Shown: positions 22,926-33,000 of the stretch, piece after piece
Layout of the letters: every line of letters begins with the position of its first letter
How positions within the stretch are numbered: position 1 is the first letter of the stretch
Assembly: GCA_011109175.1 (NCBI GenBank)
Contig: RDEW01000019.1
Location: 650,482-683,481 of the forward strand
Length of the DNA: 33,000 nucleotides
Origin: Dicyema japonicum
Lineage: Eukaryota; Animalia; Dicyemida
Direction of reading: 5' to 3'
Made by a program: the position numbers and the translations under genes
The notes under the pieces: model-generated
What the model saw: the letters and a program-made list of their open reading frames with translations, nothing else
The model's database searches: none
Told to the model about the DNA's origin: nothing

Positions 22926-23857
22926 TTATGATATATTAATAATAACAGCCTTTTCACGAGAGCCATAATATTTATAGCTCCGCATAGGCAGGACACAGAC
23001 TTTTTTTAAGTAAAGAACAGTAAAGCCAAGGAATCTTTTCTTTTTTATTTTTTCTTGTGTGATCTTCACTTCTTTTTTATTTTTTTCTTGTGTGAAGAGG
23101 TCCTTTTTAGACTATCCAGTTCCGCAGTTAAGTCCACTGATAATGGAGTCACTCGCCAAGGCCTTTTAGCATCGTACATGCGTGGAACCTTCCACTTAAC
23201 CACTATGCCGGCTATATCATAGTTATGATATATCTTTTTTAATAAATTAAATAAAGTATTTCTTTTATTAATAGTAACATATCAAATACATCAATTCAAG
23301 TATCCTAAGCACTTTAAATCAAAACACGGAGGTCCCAGAATATACGTCGTTTGTCAATCGAAGCTAGCGACAAGCCCTCAGCAGGTGTTTAGTAATAAAT
23401 AAATTACTGTTCTTTTCTTCTTAAATAAAGTGTAAGTTCTTCCTAAGCTAGAAGAGAAATGGAAATATAACTATAGTCGTTGGCGGAAGAACTGAATTAA
23501 TTAAGTAGAAGTCACTGTTTTTTCAGAAACTTGGAGGTCTGGCTAAACTCAGAAACAACGACGTCCGTGAAACCTAGTGGCGCGTCCAGTTTATCCCCGT
23601 TGATATCATGTAAGGCAACTTTATATCAGCTATGCCGCTGGGGATCAATTGTTAGAAATATATCAACTAAAAAAATGATTAGTAAATAAATTTAACTTTA
23701 TTAAATTACCCTTTGAATTTAGTTGATACAAAAATAGGTAGATATAAGCAAAACAAAAAATGATTTTTATTTAATAATTTTTATTGGATTTAAAAAATAA
23801 TTTTAAATTAATTTTTGTTTAAATATATTTAGTTATTTAGCAACAAAACAAAATAAA

Positions 23858-24215
23858 ATGCAAGACACTGACAAGAAGGAAGATAACAAAAAAGTGACCT
23901 TCACTCACTCGATAATAAACGTGACTATTTAAATTTATGATCAGTCTTCTGATATGAATGACGAGCTTAAAACAGAAGTGATGGAACTCTGTGTCACTGC
24001 ATGTGAAAAGTTTTCGTCAAATAATGAAGTTGTTTGTTAATTTATTTTAGCACTCAGCCAAATTTGTCAAAGAAACTTTGGACAAGAAATTCGGAGCTGG
24101 ATGGCACGTGGTTATCGGAGAAAGTTTCGGATTTGATTTGATGAGAGAATCATCGACATTACTTTACATGTATTTCGCAGGTGTATTGGGTGTTCTAGTA
24201 TGGAAGTGCTCATAG
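23858..24215 (+). CDS. DNAL4: dynein axonemal light chain 4, 3 exons; absent from the ORF track
   Basis: SDMNDELKTEVMELCVTACEKFSSNNE..KETLDKKFGAGWHVVIGESFGF..LYMYFAG..VWKCS*; introns 23921-23944 and 24029-24050. Confidence 0.95.
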
Positions 24216-24399
24216 AATTAACAGCTTAATGTTAGTATCATTTAATACTGATTTTAACAAATAAGTACAATTATGTTCGCCCTTATAATGCACGTGTATA
24301 TTTTAGTGACTAACAGAAGCAGTAGAGTCACTAATGTATTTGCTAGTCTCAACTAAAGCTCAATTTGCTAAAGTCTTCTTTTAAGAAAGATTGTAAAAT

Positions 24400-24735
24400 C
24401 TTATTCAACAACCGGAAAAGGGAGAGTTAATTTGCTCTAATTAAGGTATATCCAGTTCCCACAGCCGGGATGAGACACTCCTTTCCAAACATTACGTCCA
24501 TCCATATCCTCCTCGTGGGAACACCTTCAGTGGAGTAGGGCAGAGAAAGACTCATTCTGGATACCGGGCAGGCAATGGGTGTTTCCTAAGACATGTAAAT
24601 CATATGACTCTGCTTAGGATTTGAATAAAAAATAGATACAGGCAATCCTCTTTCATAGCTGTGTGGGAATTGAACCCACATCTAACAGATACAAACAACA
24701 GAACTAACCCTGCTAATCGCTTTTCCGGTGGTTAT
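24400..24735 (-). repeat. old family C copy preceded by a tRNA T-arm/B-box
   Basis: body aligns with C (TATATCCAGTT, ACGTCCAT, CAGTGGAGT, GGCAATGGG); upstream on minus GTGGGTTCAATTCCCAC. Confidence 0.55.
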
Positions 24736-24829
24736 AAACTCCTTTTATCATCCAAGGATAGATATTTATATCCACTTTAATGGCTATTCATTTTATTTAT
24801 TTAAAGACCACAAATCACCATTAAGAGAA

Positions 24830-25450
24830 AGACGGGGTGATTCCTCGTCTTGAGGTTGTGATTTCCCTTTATTGCACTTCATGCCTAAATCGCCTTGTTA
24901 GAGACCTACACCTCTAACTCCCAGATCATTAGACATGCTCGGACTTAGAGCGATTTAAAAAAACATCAGTTATGGCGGTCTGCTGCTCGGAAGAACCAAA
25001 ATCAGACAGCAATTGAATATGAATTGGCCTGAGTATGTCTCAGTTTATCAGGTTAATTGGACGGCTGGCGGGGCTGTGGAAGGGTGAATACGACTTTATG
25101 TTCTTTGAATCTTAGGGTTTACAACGCACAAGAGGATACAGCTAAGTGTGACCTTGACATGGAATGTAAATAATCTAATTTTTGTGATGGAAAAAGTTTT
25201 TAATCGCTCTCCACAAGAAAGCGCACAACAGAGGGTTGTGGGAAAAATTGGTTAGCCTCGTATGTGCAGCAAAAGACAATCTTGTCAATCTCTTCCACGT
25301 TCACAATTGTTAGCCAGTACTTTAATGAGTCTAGGTCATATGCGAACTTCAACTGCTTTTCTAGTTTTTTCAGATCATTTCATAGGACGACCGGCAGAGG
25401 TGATGAAGTGCCTTGATCTTCGATTGTCTAGCAATTAAGGAAATCTCTAG
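24830..25450 (-). mobile_element. probable decayed RLE-type non-LTR fragment
   Basis: scattered RHE and PD-like motifs; heavily disabled. Confidence 0.25.
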
Positions 25451-25731
25451 AAAATAAAAAAAGACGCTTTTGTATCTTCTCACTAATATTTCTTGTATAT
25501 CCTTAATGGATATTATTTCTCGAATGGTCCTTTAATAATAAACAAAAGTTTAACAAATGTGATGATCTCTTTGCTTGCCCTTGACCACCAGGGCTTGACG
25601 TGAAAGTAATGGATGTCTGGGAGCATCCTGTCTTAGCGTGCGTTTTTGGCGGTCGCTAGTTTTCCTGAAAATTTAATTTTAATTTAAATGTGAATGAATT
25701 CAAAAAGATAGAAATCAGTAAAGTCAGAAAA

Positions 25732-26660
25732 TTAACCAATCCAAGGTTCATCAGTAGGATTCCACGTGCAAGAACTCTGATAGAAGGAATTCTAATCAAA
25801 CATAGATTTTATTGCAAACCAAAATCTCCATATCTTGGACAGAAAGTTCAAAGTCAAAAACACAACTGTTCTCCTTGACTCTATCGAGATCTCCCGATTT
25901 AGGAATAGTCACAAATCCAGACTGAAGACTCCATCTAATCAATATCTGAGCTGAACTTTTCTTGTACCTTAAATTAATTTAAAGGTCACTTAGTAGCGAT
26001 CTCGCAGAGAACTTTGTCCTTCAGCCTACTCGCCTTGGCCAGAGGAGAATAGCCCATTGGAACGATGCCATTAACCAGGCAGTAATCTACAATTTCTTGT
26101 TTTTTCTGCCACGGGTGGAGTTCTATCTGATTAACAGAGGGAGTTGGCAAGTCAGCAGCTTCATTTTTTCAAGATGGTTGATTCCAAAGTTGGAGACTCC
26201 TACTGATCGTATTAATCCCTGATCTCTGAGTTCCAGCATTGTCGAATAGGTTTCCACAATTTGACCACCAAATGGATGGTGGATTAAATACAAGTCAACG
26301 TAATCTAATTTTAGTCTACAAGTTTTTGTAAAATCAGACTTTTTTAGACTTTTGGAAAAATTTCGCTGACAAACAGATCCGCCCTTTTCCCACAGTTTGG
26401 TAACCACAAACAACTCTTCCCGAGGGATTCCTGATTCTATAATTCCCCTGCCGACATCCTCTTCATTACTTTATGAAAAAATAATAAAACTTATAAAATT
26501 CTGCTGTGTCAATGAGTCGATATCCCATCTTTATAGCATTAGTGACTGCACTGACTACAAGAGAATCTGAAGCTTGGTATGTACCGAGGCCAAAAATTGG
26601 AATTTGATTCCCGTCATTTAGTTTAACTCGTTGAGAAATATCAACTAAAAATGATTTCAT
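25732..26660 (-). CDS. aldo-keto reductase family protein, 5 exons; one apparent 1-nt deficit at ~26160-26169
   Basis: [68 protein letters not shown]; introns 22,24,22,28 nt. Confidence 0.93.
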
Positions 26661-26774
26661 CAAAAAAATTAAACGAATATTTTTAAAAATTCAAAATATT
26701 TAAAATATAATTATAATCATTTATTATTAACAAGCAACACAGATCGCTTCGCTCACAACTAGCGAGCTAGTTAC

Positions 26775-28225
26775 AGCAGATCGTATTTGTGCCTATGGTC
26801 TGGAAACAGTCACAATAATCCCGACCCAACAAGGACCCGAATGATCCATGATCCTATCGACTAATCTCCCTCCTCTGTGCTGCAACAAAAGATTTTTGAG
26901 AGATATATTCTCTACCAAATATACCCTAACCTAAATCTGTCCAACTCTCAGTGCTAAGCATTCAACCTAAACCCATCTAACCAAGTTAACATACTTTATT
27001 GCTGATGGATTCATCGATCACAAACCGCCACTACGTACTGTCCTGGCCTTCATTGAAATTTTTAAGGCATTTTACAGAATCTCCCTACACGTTGTTTGCA
27101 ATAAGACAACCGCATCGATTATTTATACATTCACAGAGATGGCTTAAATCAATTCTCTTTGGCAGACTGGGACGTGCCGGTATTAGGTCAAAGAAATCTC
27201 TTACCATTACCTTCCAAACGGAATCTAAAGAATATCTGCCTCTCAAACTTTGTTCAACCTCCACATGGGTAGCATACCTAAGTTGGAAGATACGCTGGTC
27301 ATGTCCAATGTGGATGACTTGATCCTCACGGCTCGGGATGGAAATATTACCTCCACCTCAGCCTGTCTCTAAACACTCGGATTCTCTAGAGTCTTGGTTA
27401 TTTAGCAATCACATCTCCTCTTCCAAGTCCAACGTCACAATATTACTTCCAACCGACGTCAGATAAACATAAAACCGAGCTGAAATCTTGAAGTTCTCCC
27501 AATCTCAAAAATAGCGAAAAATACTGGAAGTAATCTACGACTAATGCCTTGAATTCTCCTCCTACGTGGAACATATGGTTGCAAAAGCAAAAAAGATAAA
27601 CGCCTTCCGCGAGATGGCCAACTATATCTTGGGCTAAGACAATGAATAATCAACAAACAATATAACAGGACCACTTTGAACTACGTGAGCCTCCCCTAGG
27701 CCTCATCCCTCGCAGGTTGCAACATTCAAAAACTTCAGAGACAAAAATGAAGCTCTTTGAACAATTACCGGATGCAACAAATTCAACCGTTCGACCGACT
27801 CAGCCAGGAATCCACCATTAACAGTGTAAAATCACCTCTGGATGAGAACTCCAATTCTTAAACGAAATCACAGAACTAGACTTCCTTTCCACTTTCAAAC
27901 TCACATGTTTTGTGAATTGACTAAAATTCCTCAGTCACCTCCCGATAAAACCGAATCTAAGACAATACATGACCACATTTCTACAAAAGCCATCAGAAGA
28001 CTGGTTTGGAACGATCTGCTGGAATGATCTCCACCATTGGTGGATGACTTGGAGACTACAATCGACAGAGAAACAAGAAGAATCCTCGCACAACTACGTT
28101 CTAAGCACTTCTTCCTTAGAGAAAAGTCAGACTTTTAGCTTCCATCACCAGACGAATTATTATTGATTGCCAGGGACCTCTGTTGAACATCGAAGATCTG
28201 TACAAGCGTCCATAGCCGCTCTCCT
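26775..28225 (+). mobile_element. decayed LINE RT region
   Basis: SYRLISLLC, VDDL (YADD-like), KILEVIYD remnants; same type as the 6.1 kb and 18.4 kb fragments. Confidence 0.7.
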
Positions 28226-28234
28226 ACAAGTTAA

Positions 28235-28555
28235 TTTAATTTATTAACCCCGGATACACAGAAAAAAGTTAAAATTGAACAACTAGTTGAGTATATCCAG
28301 TTTCCATTCCTACAGAAACAGAGTCCACCTGCAACCAGCATAAAAGGTAAAAGACGTCCATTACTTGCAGCTGTGGAAACCCCTCCATTGGAGTGGTCGA
28401 GAGCAAATGAACTTTTTTTGTGCCAGCCTGGCATTGGGCGCCATCTGAGACGGGTGGATCACATGATGCCACTCTAGTAGGAAGGGAATGAGGAAGAACA
28501 AACAAACAAAAAACTTCGACCGATTAGCCACGTAGCACGTCGCCACGCGGCGATA
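28235..28555 (-). mobile_element. family C full-length copy with 9-bp TSD
   Basis: ACAAGTTAA at 28226-28234 and 28556-28564; head GCCGCGTGGCGACGTGCTACGTGGCTA. Confidence 0.85.
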
Positions 28556-28640
28556 ACAAGTTAAAGAGGTCTGAGTTAGTTCTAAAAATTACTTAAGTTT
28601 ATAACTACTAATTAAAATATTTTTTAAGTTTAAAATTTCA

Positions 28641-29263
28641 ATGCTAAGTGGAATTTCAAGTTTGTTTAAAAAAGGTTGTCAGAAACGAGAAATAAACGTA
28701 TGTGTGGTCGGTCCCCTTTCATCTGGAAAGACCTGTTTTGCCAATGTATTGCACGTAAAAATAAATGAATAAGTTTAGAAAAATATTTTTTATACTGAAA
28801 CCCTTCCATCGATTTGGTCGACGATCCATGAATTCGAAATCAACGGCACCAAAATAAGACTGAACGACTTACCAGGAGCCGAATTTTATCGATATCTATG
28901 GACCTTAGAGTGTCCTATGGCCGACGTTATAATGTACCCATATGGCTCTATCATGAGATTTATGATGGATTCGACTAATGGACAGGACATCAAGGCAATC
29001 AGAGACGACCTCGACGATCTATTGCTGGAGTTTGATTCAAACTCAACTCCTTTTCTTATCATGGCAAATAAGGCGGATTTGCCTAATACTTTGGCTGAGG
29101 AAGAGCTCACTTATTTGCTGTAGTTTTTTGACTGACATAAAGGAATTTAAAGGCCATCACGAATAGGAAATCCATTATGTACTTCACTTCATGTAAGACA
29201 AGAAAAAATATCGATGCTTGTGTTGACTGGATTTTGCAGTTTAGTAGAATTGTTAAATCTTGA
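28641..29263 (+). CDS. divergent Arf-like small GTPase, closest in pattern to ARL8, 4 exons
   Basis: GPLSSGKT, DLPGA, NKADL, SCK; NLKAITNR..SCKTRKNIDACVDWILQFS resembles the ARL8 C-terminus; introns 28755-28778, 28934-28957, 29120-29142. Confidence 0.85.
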
Positions 29264-29389
29264 TTTATACTTGGTTTGAATAGAAATTTGTGTATTTTAA
29301 AAAAATTATAGTTTCTCTTTATGTTGTTTTTTTTCGAGGTGGTGACGACATCTCTATTTCACTGTCTTATTCGTATTCTTTACCGAATT

Positions 29390-29660
29390 CTCCGTTCACT
29401 CTGGGAACTTTCAATTGCAGAGGACTTAAACAACATCACAAGAAACACCAACTGGTATGCGACTTAGCTACAAGAAGAGGGTAGGACTAAACACCAGGTT
29501 TAGAATATACAAAGCGTTTTTCATCCCGGTACTAACTTACAACTCTGGGATTTGGGGATCTCTAAACGGGAAATAGAGAGTCTTGACTCTTTCCACAGAG
29601 CTCAGCTCAAATCGGTAATCAAGATTAACTGGCCTATGAAGATCTCTGCTGCATTCTACA
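29390..29660 (+). mobile_element. internally deleted RTE-like LINE (APE start fused to RT C-terminus)
   Basis: LGTFNCRGL followed by YKAFFIPVLTYNSGIW and SFHRAQLKSVIKINWP. Confidence 0.6.
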
Positions 29661-29689
29661 CGATCGGGAGATCCCTGTGAGCGCTGCTG

Positions 29690-30830
29690 GTTATTTGAGC
29701 GAATCTCGCTTTCGAACTTTCAAGACTAGTCGAGATGATGTTACTCATCGGTCATACATCTAAAGCATTAACTGACCATGATACCAATTGAGTTGAAGAA
29801 AATTTTGTTCACGAGAACCCAGGCGTTGAGAAGAAGACGTCTGGTTCTACCACGACTAAAAATGCTATTCCTGAAAAATATCCAATGGGAATAAATCGGA
29901 TCTAAAGAACTGGAGTTTCCGATGTCGATTTGTCCCAAGCATTTTGTTCTTTCCATTCTTTGTCGTTAAGGGGATTTCTACTCACTGTAGAGATGCTTTT
30001 TTCTTTGAATCTTCTTACCAATCTCCATTCCAAGGATTTGCAACAGAGATTGGATGATTTTGTATGCCTGTGGGCCGATATATTCCTCAAATCCTTAAAC
30101 CAGTACATTCGTGCTTTTATGTTGTCCAAATTATCTCCCGAAAATAGGCCATTACTCAACGCCATCCAAAATAGAGTTTTGGGAACTTTTCCCGACCACG
30201 ATTCAATCCGAATTGGTGCCTCTCTTTGCTTTAGACTGAAGATCTTTGTGTCACACCAGTGCAGATGCAGTGAACAGATCTATGGTTTCGGACTGCCCCC
30301 AATTGCTTGCTAAAAAAGGGCTAGAAGGGCGCCAGCCACTGCTGGTTTCCCGTCTACTCTTGAACTCGTCGGTTTGCGTCGAAGAGATTGAAAACGTCTG
30401 ATGGAATGACCATCTTTCCGTTTGAAGATGGGAAGCCATTAGTCTGGAACATCACTTGCACGGAAACGTTCTGAACAAACAAATTTTACATGTGGGAACC
30501 GAAGCCTGTTCTGCCGCAGGGAAAGCCAATAACCAAAAAACGCTTGAATATGTTGACCTCCCAAATGGCGAGACGTTTGTTACTCTCGCTGTGGAATCAT
30601 CCAGGGCCCTCAGACATTAGTCCCACGCCTTTTTTGGACAAGTCCGATGTCTAATCTTGTCTCGGTATGCGATTCTGATTTTATATAAATGCTACCAATT
30701 GATGATTTAATTATGTGGTATCGGAAGAAGGCTTGCTTCGAAGAGATCCGAGCTCTTCAAAGGTCTTTGGTTGAGAGAGACTCCAAATGGCGGTGAACAA
30801 AATGAACGTCTTAGCAATCCTGGCCTCTTA
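29690..30830 (+). mobile_element. decayed CRE-like (RLE) non-LTR 3' region
   Basis: IRIGASL..HQCRC, KRLMECTIF/PF..GKPLVWNITC remnants, FVTLAVES. Confidence 0.65.
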
Positions 30831-31884
30831 ACTAAAAGACTTTAGTTTTTAATAATCAAGCTGAACTATCCAGAAAGGTCATACAGTCGCCGCCTTGACT
30901 GCGTGGCTATTGTCTCTCAGGATGGCGAGCGAAATTCGCTAAATAGCCAGTATCGCTCACAGAGATTTCCTGTTCTTGTAGAAATCCGGATAAAGTTGTT
31001 TCCATTTTTAGATAAACTCATTCTGTGATTAATTGACATTTATTAATGATAATTCTTTAATCTTATCTCTTTGATGATAATTATATTATCTATTTTGAGC
31101 CTTTTGACTTTTTATGAAAAAAATTTTCAATAATATTTTCCCGAAACCGCCGAAACAACTGAAGTGAAGTCCTTAACTTGGTTCATTCTTAAGCGAATTT
31201 CCCAGTAGATAGTTCGAAGAAGGTTTCTTTCGGCACCTTTTGAAGCAACTGAAATAAAGCCCTTACTTTGTTCACTCTTAAGGTCATCCGCTTCACTAAT
31301 CTGGCCGACTGTACTTCTTCCGTGATGACCAAATTTACAACTGTTGATAGGGCGGGTGGCGACAGGTTGTTCTGAAAATATGGCGCTTCGTTTTTAGCAA
31401 ATCGAGCGTGACGGGGCCGGGGATAGCGGTAGTGTTGACAGAAATGAAGAGACGAAGAGCGCCCTTTTTATCACATTCAAGAAGTTTAAGGCCTAACGCT
31501 TCCAAAAACTCATATCATCATTGTCACTAAAATGGAAAGTTGAACGGTGACTTCACAAGGAGAAAACAACCTTGATGACGAAGGGGTGAGTTTAATTCGA
31601 CCGATCTGCCTGGAATAGTCAGAGAACAAAGGGAGAGGAGCATAAGCGTCATCCACGATTCAATCGCTGACACAAATCAATGAACAGGGCAAGGATCAAA
31701 GAACAATAGAATTGAACTTGTTTTAGGACTTGGACTAGAATTATTCTCTTCCTCCTGATTTTGGAAGCAAAAGGCAAGCTGTTCCTCTCAGCATGTATCG
31801 TGGGAAATGTTTCCTCTCCTAAATGGCAAACAAAATGGGGGATGTTGCATTTCAGCATTAAATAAGACACCAATTCTGGCAGTT

Positions 31885-31960
31885 ATTATTATCTAACCCC
31901 GAAAAAGGGAACATCAAGAAAGAAAGAGTTAAACCATCTAATAAAGTGATCCTGGTAGAC
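31885..31960 (-). repeat. family E 3' tail
   Basis: AACCATCTAATAAAGTGATCCT matches 32812-32833; tail TCGGGGTTAGATAATAATAA. Confidence 0.45.
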
Positions 31961-32769
31961 TTCAACAGGATTGAGAGCTTTTTGCTGTGCTCACGAAAGC
32001 GCAATGGCAGCTTTGGATAAATAACCCAATTGAAATGAAAATAGCCAGATTAAAGTAGCAGTTACTTTTTAATTCTGAAAGGTGGTCTTTTGCACATGTA
32101 ATCTGATCATGTAGAGATGTGTGATAGAGTTGATATATGTTATGTTATCCAGTTAAGTCGTGTTCGATCCTAGGAGATCCATGAACAAGTTTCCTCCACT
32201 CTCCCTGATCCAACGTGTTGTTGTGGTGTATACATTCTCTGAAACTTATTCCAATATAAGAGCTGTTTATGGGGAAAGACCTGGCAACCTACCCTGTATT
32301 TAAATGCCAAGAAAATCTTATGAGCAAACTCTCCTACGATAGAGTTGTTAGTCAGCCTAACAAATAAAAGGTTCATGTGGGTCATCCATCTTATTTCTCT
32401 CTTATAATTATGTATCATAGTCCGTCATTTTGTTTATAAGATCAATCATGTAGCATGAAACGATGACACGTCAGAAAATAGAAAATCATCTCAAACTTCC
32501 AGTCAATTAGGTATTTAACAAAATTATTCTAAAAGTACAAAATGTTAGAACCAGTTAAATCAGGCGTACCAAACTGCGGTCTATAACACACTGTCTATTT
32601 TCTTAGAAAATCAATGTTTTTAAAAACTCCTGAACAGGCTATTGTTGTTGAAATAAAAAATCGCTTTTCTCAAGAGAATCGGATGTCTGGTTACACTTAG
32701 AAGTAATATCCGTAAAATCCAGTGCCCCCAGTTGATCTCCAATGCTATTGTGCGAAACAACACTGTGGC

Positions 32770-32915
32770 ATTTTATTTAAGAACGTCAAAATCACCAAGA
32801 AAAAGTGGTACAACCATCTAATTAAGTGATCCTAGGTTCTAAGAATTTCACAATCTCCTTGAGTGGTACCCCAGCGATTTAACCGTCTCCTCGAAATTCT
32901 GCAGAGGAACTCGAC
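32770..32915 (-). repeat. family E copy
   Basis: aligns with 2960-3128. Confidence 0.45.
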
Positions 32916-33000
32916 ATGTGTTATTTTTTTCAAAAATTGACCGTGATTCGTCATAAGTAACCTCTCCTACTCAGTCATTTTTTCAGTCGATTTATTTAAG

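Noticed and set aside
23036-23096. Two ~25-nt direct repeats
   Set aside because: Low-complexity local duplication; not a CRISPR array, and the sequence is eukaryotic
23150-23190. CTCGCC..GGCCTTTTAGC resembling the U2 or U5 snRNA
   Set aside because: No GTAGTA branch-recognition sequence and no Sm site in position
1090-29263. Alternative genetic code as the explanation for broken ORFs
   Set aside because: All in-frame stops fall inside GT-AG micro-introns or after the three 1-nt deficits; TAA, TAG and TGA all serve as real terminators
30900-32700. Coding-looking stretches with an intron-like GTTAGGCTGACTAAC...TAG
   Set aside because: No continuous frame or recognisable domain; probably TE debris

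Overview
AT-rich eukaryotic, animal-like nuclear DNA. Nine short housekeeping genes sit as islands among decayed transposable elements. The ORF track misses or fragments most genes because they are split by tiny GT-AG introns: I could splice 33 by hand, 32 of them 22-30 nt and one 60 nt. Genes: CoA synthase (COASY), sedlin (TRAPPC2), a very divergent proteasome beta-type subunit, SNAPC3, 1-Cys peroxiredoxin (PRDX6), a miniaturised RNF11, axonemal dynein light chain DNAL4, an aldo-keto reductase and a divergent ARL8-like GTPase. Animal-like proteins, a ciliary dynein and ~25-nt introns suggest a dicyemid mesozoan (inference only). Intergenic DNA holds remnants of several non-LTR clades, a hAT-like element and a Helitron. 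The main unexplained signal is a modular set of short non-coding retroposons with target-site duplications. They carry a triple CACGTGG-like head instead of a tRNA head, a conserved core with HDV-ribozyme-like pseudoknot topology and compensatory changes, and LINE-type TAAA tails. A homologue of the core lies in the 5' leader of an APE-RT LINE.
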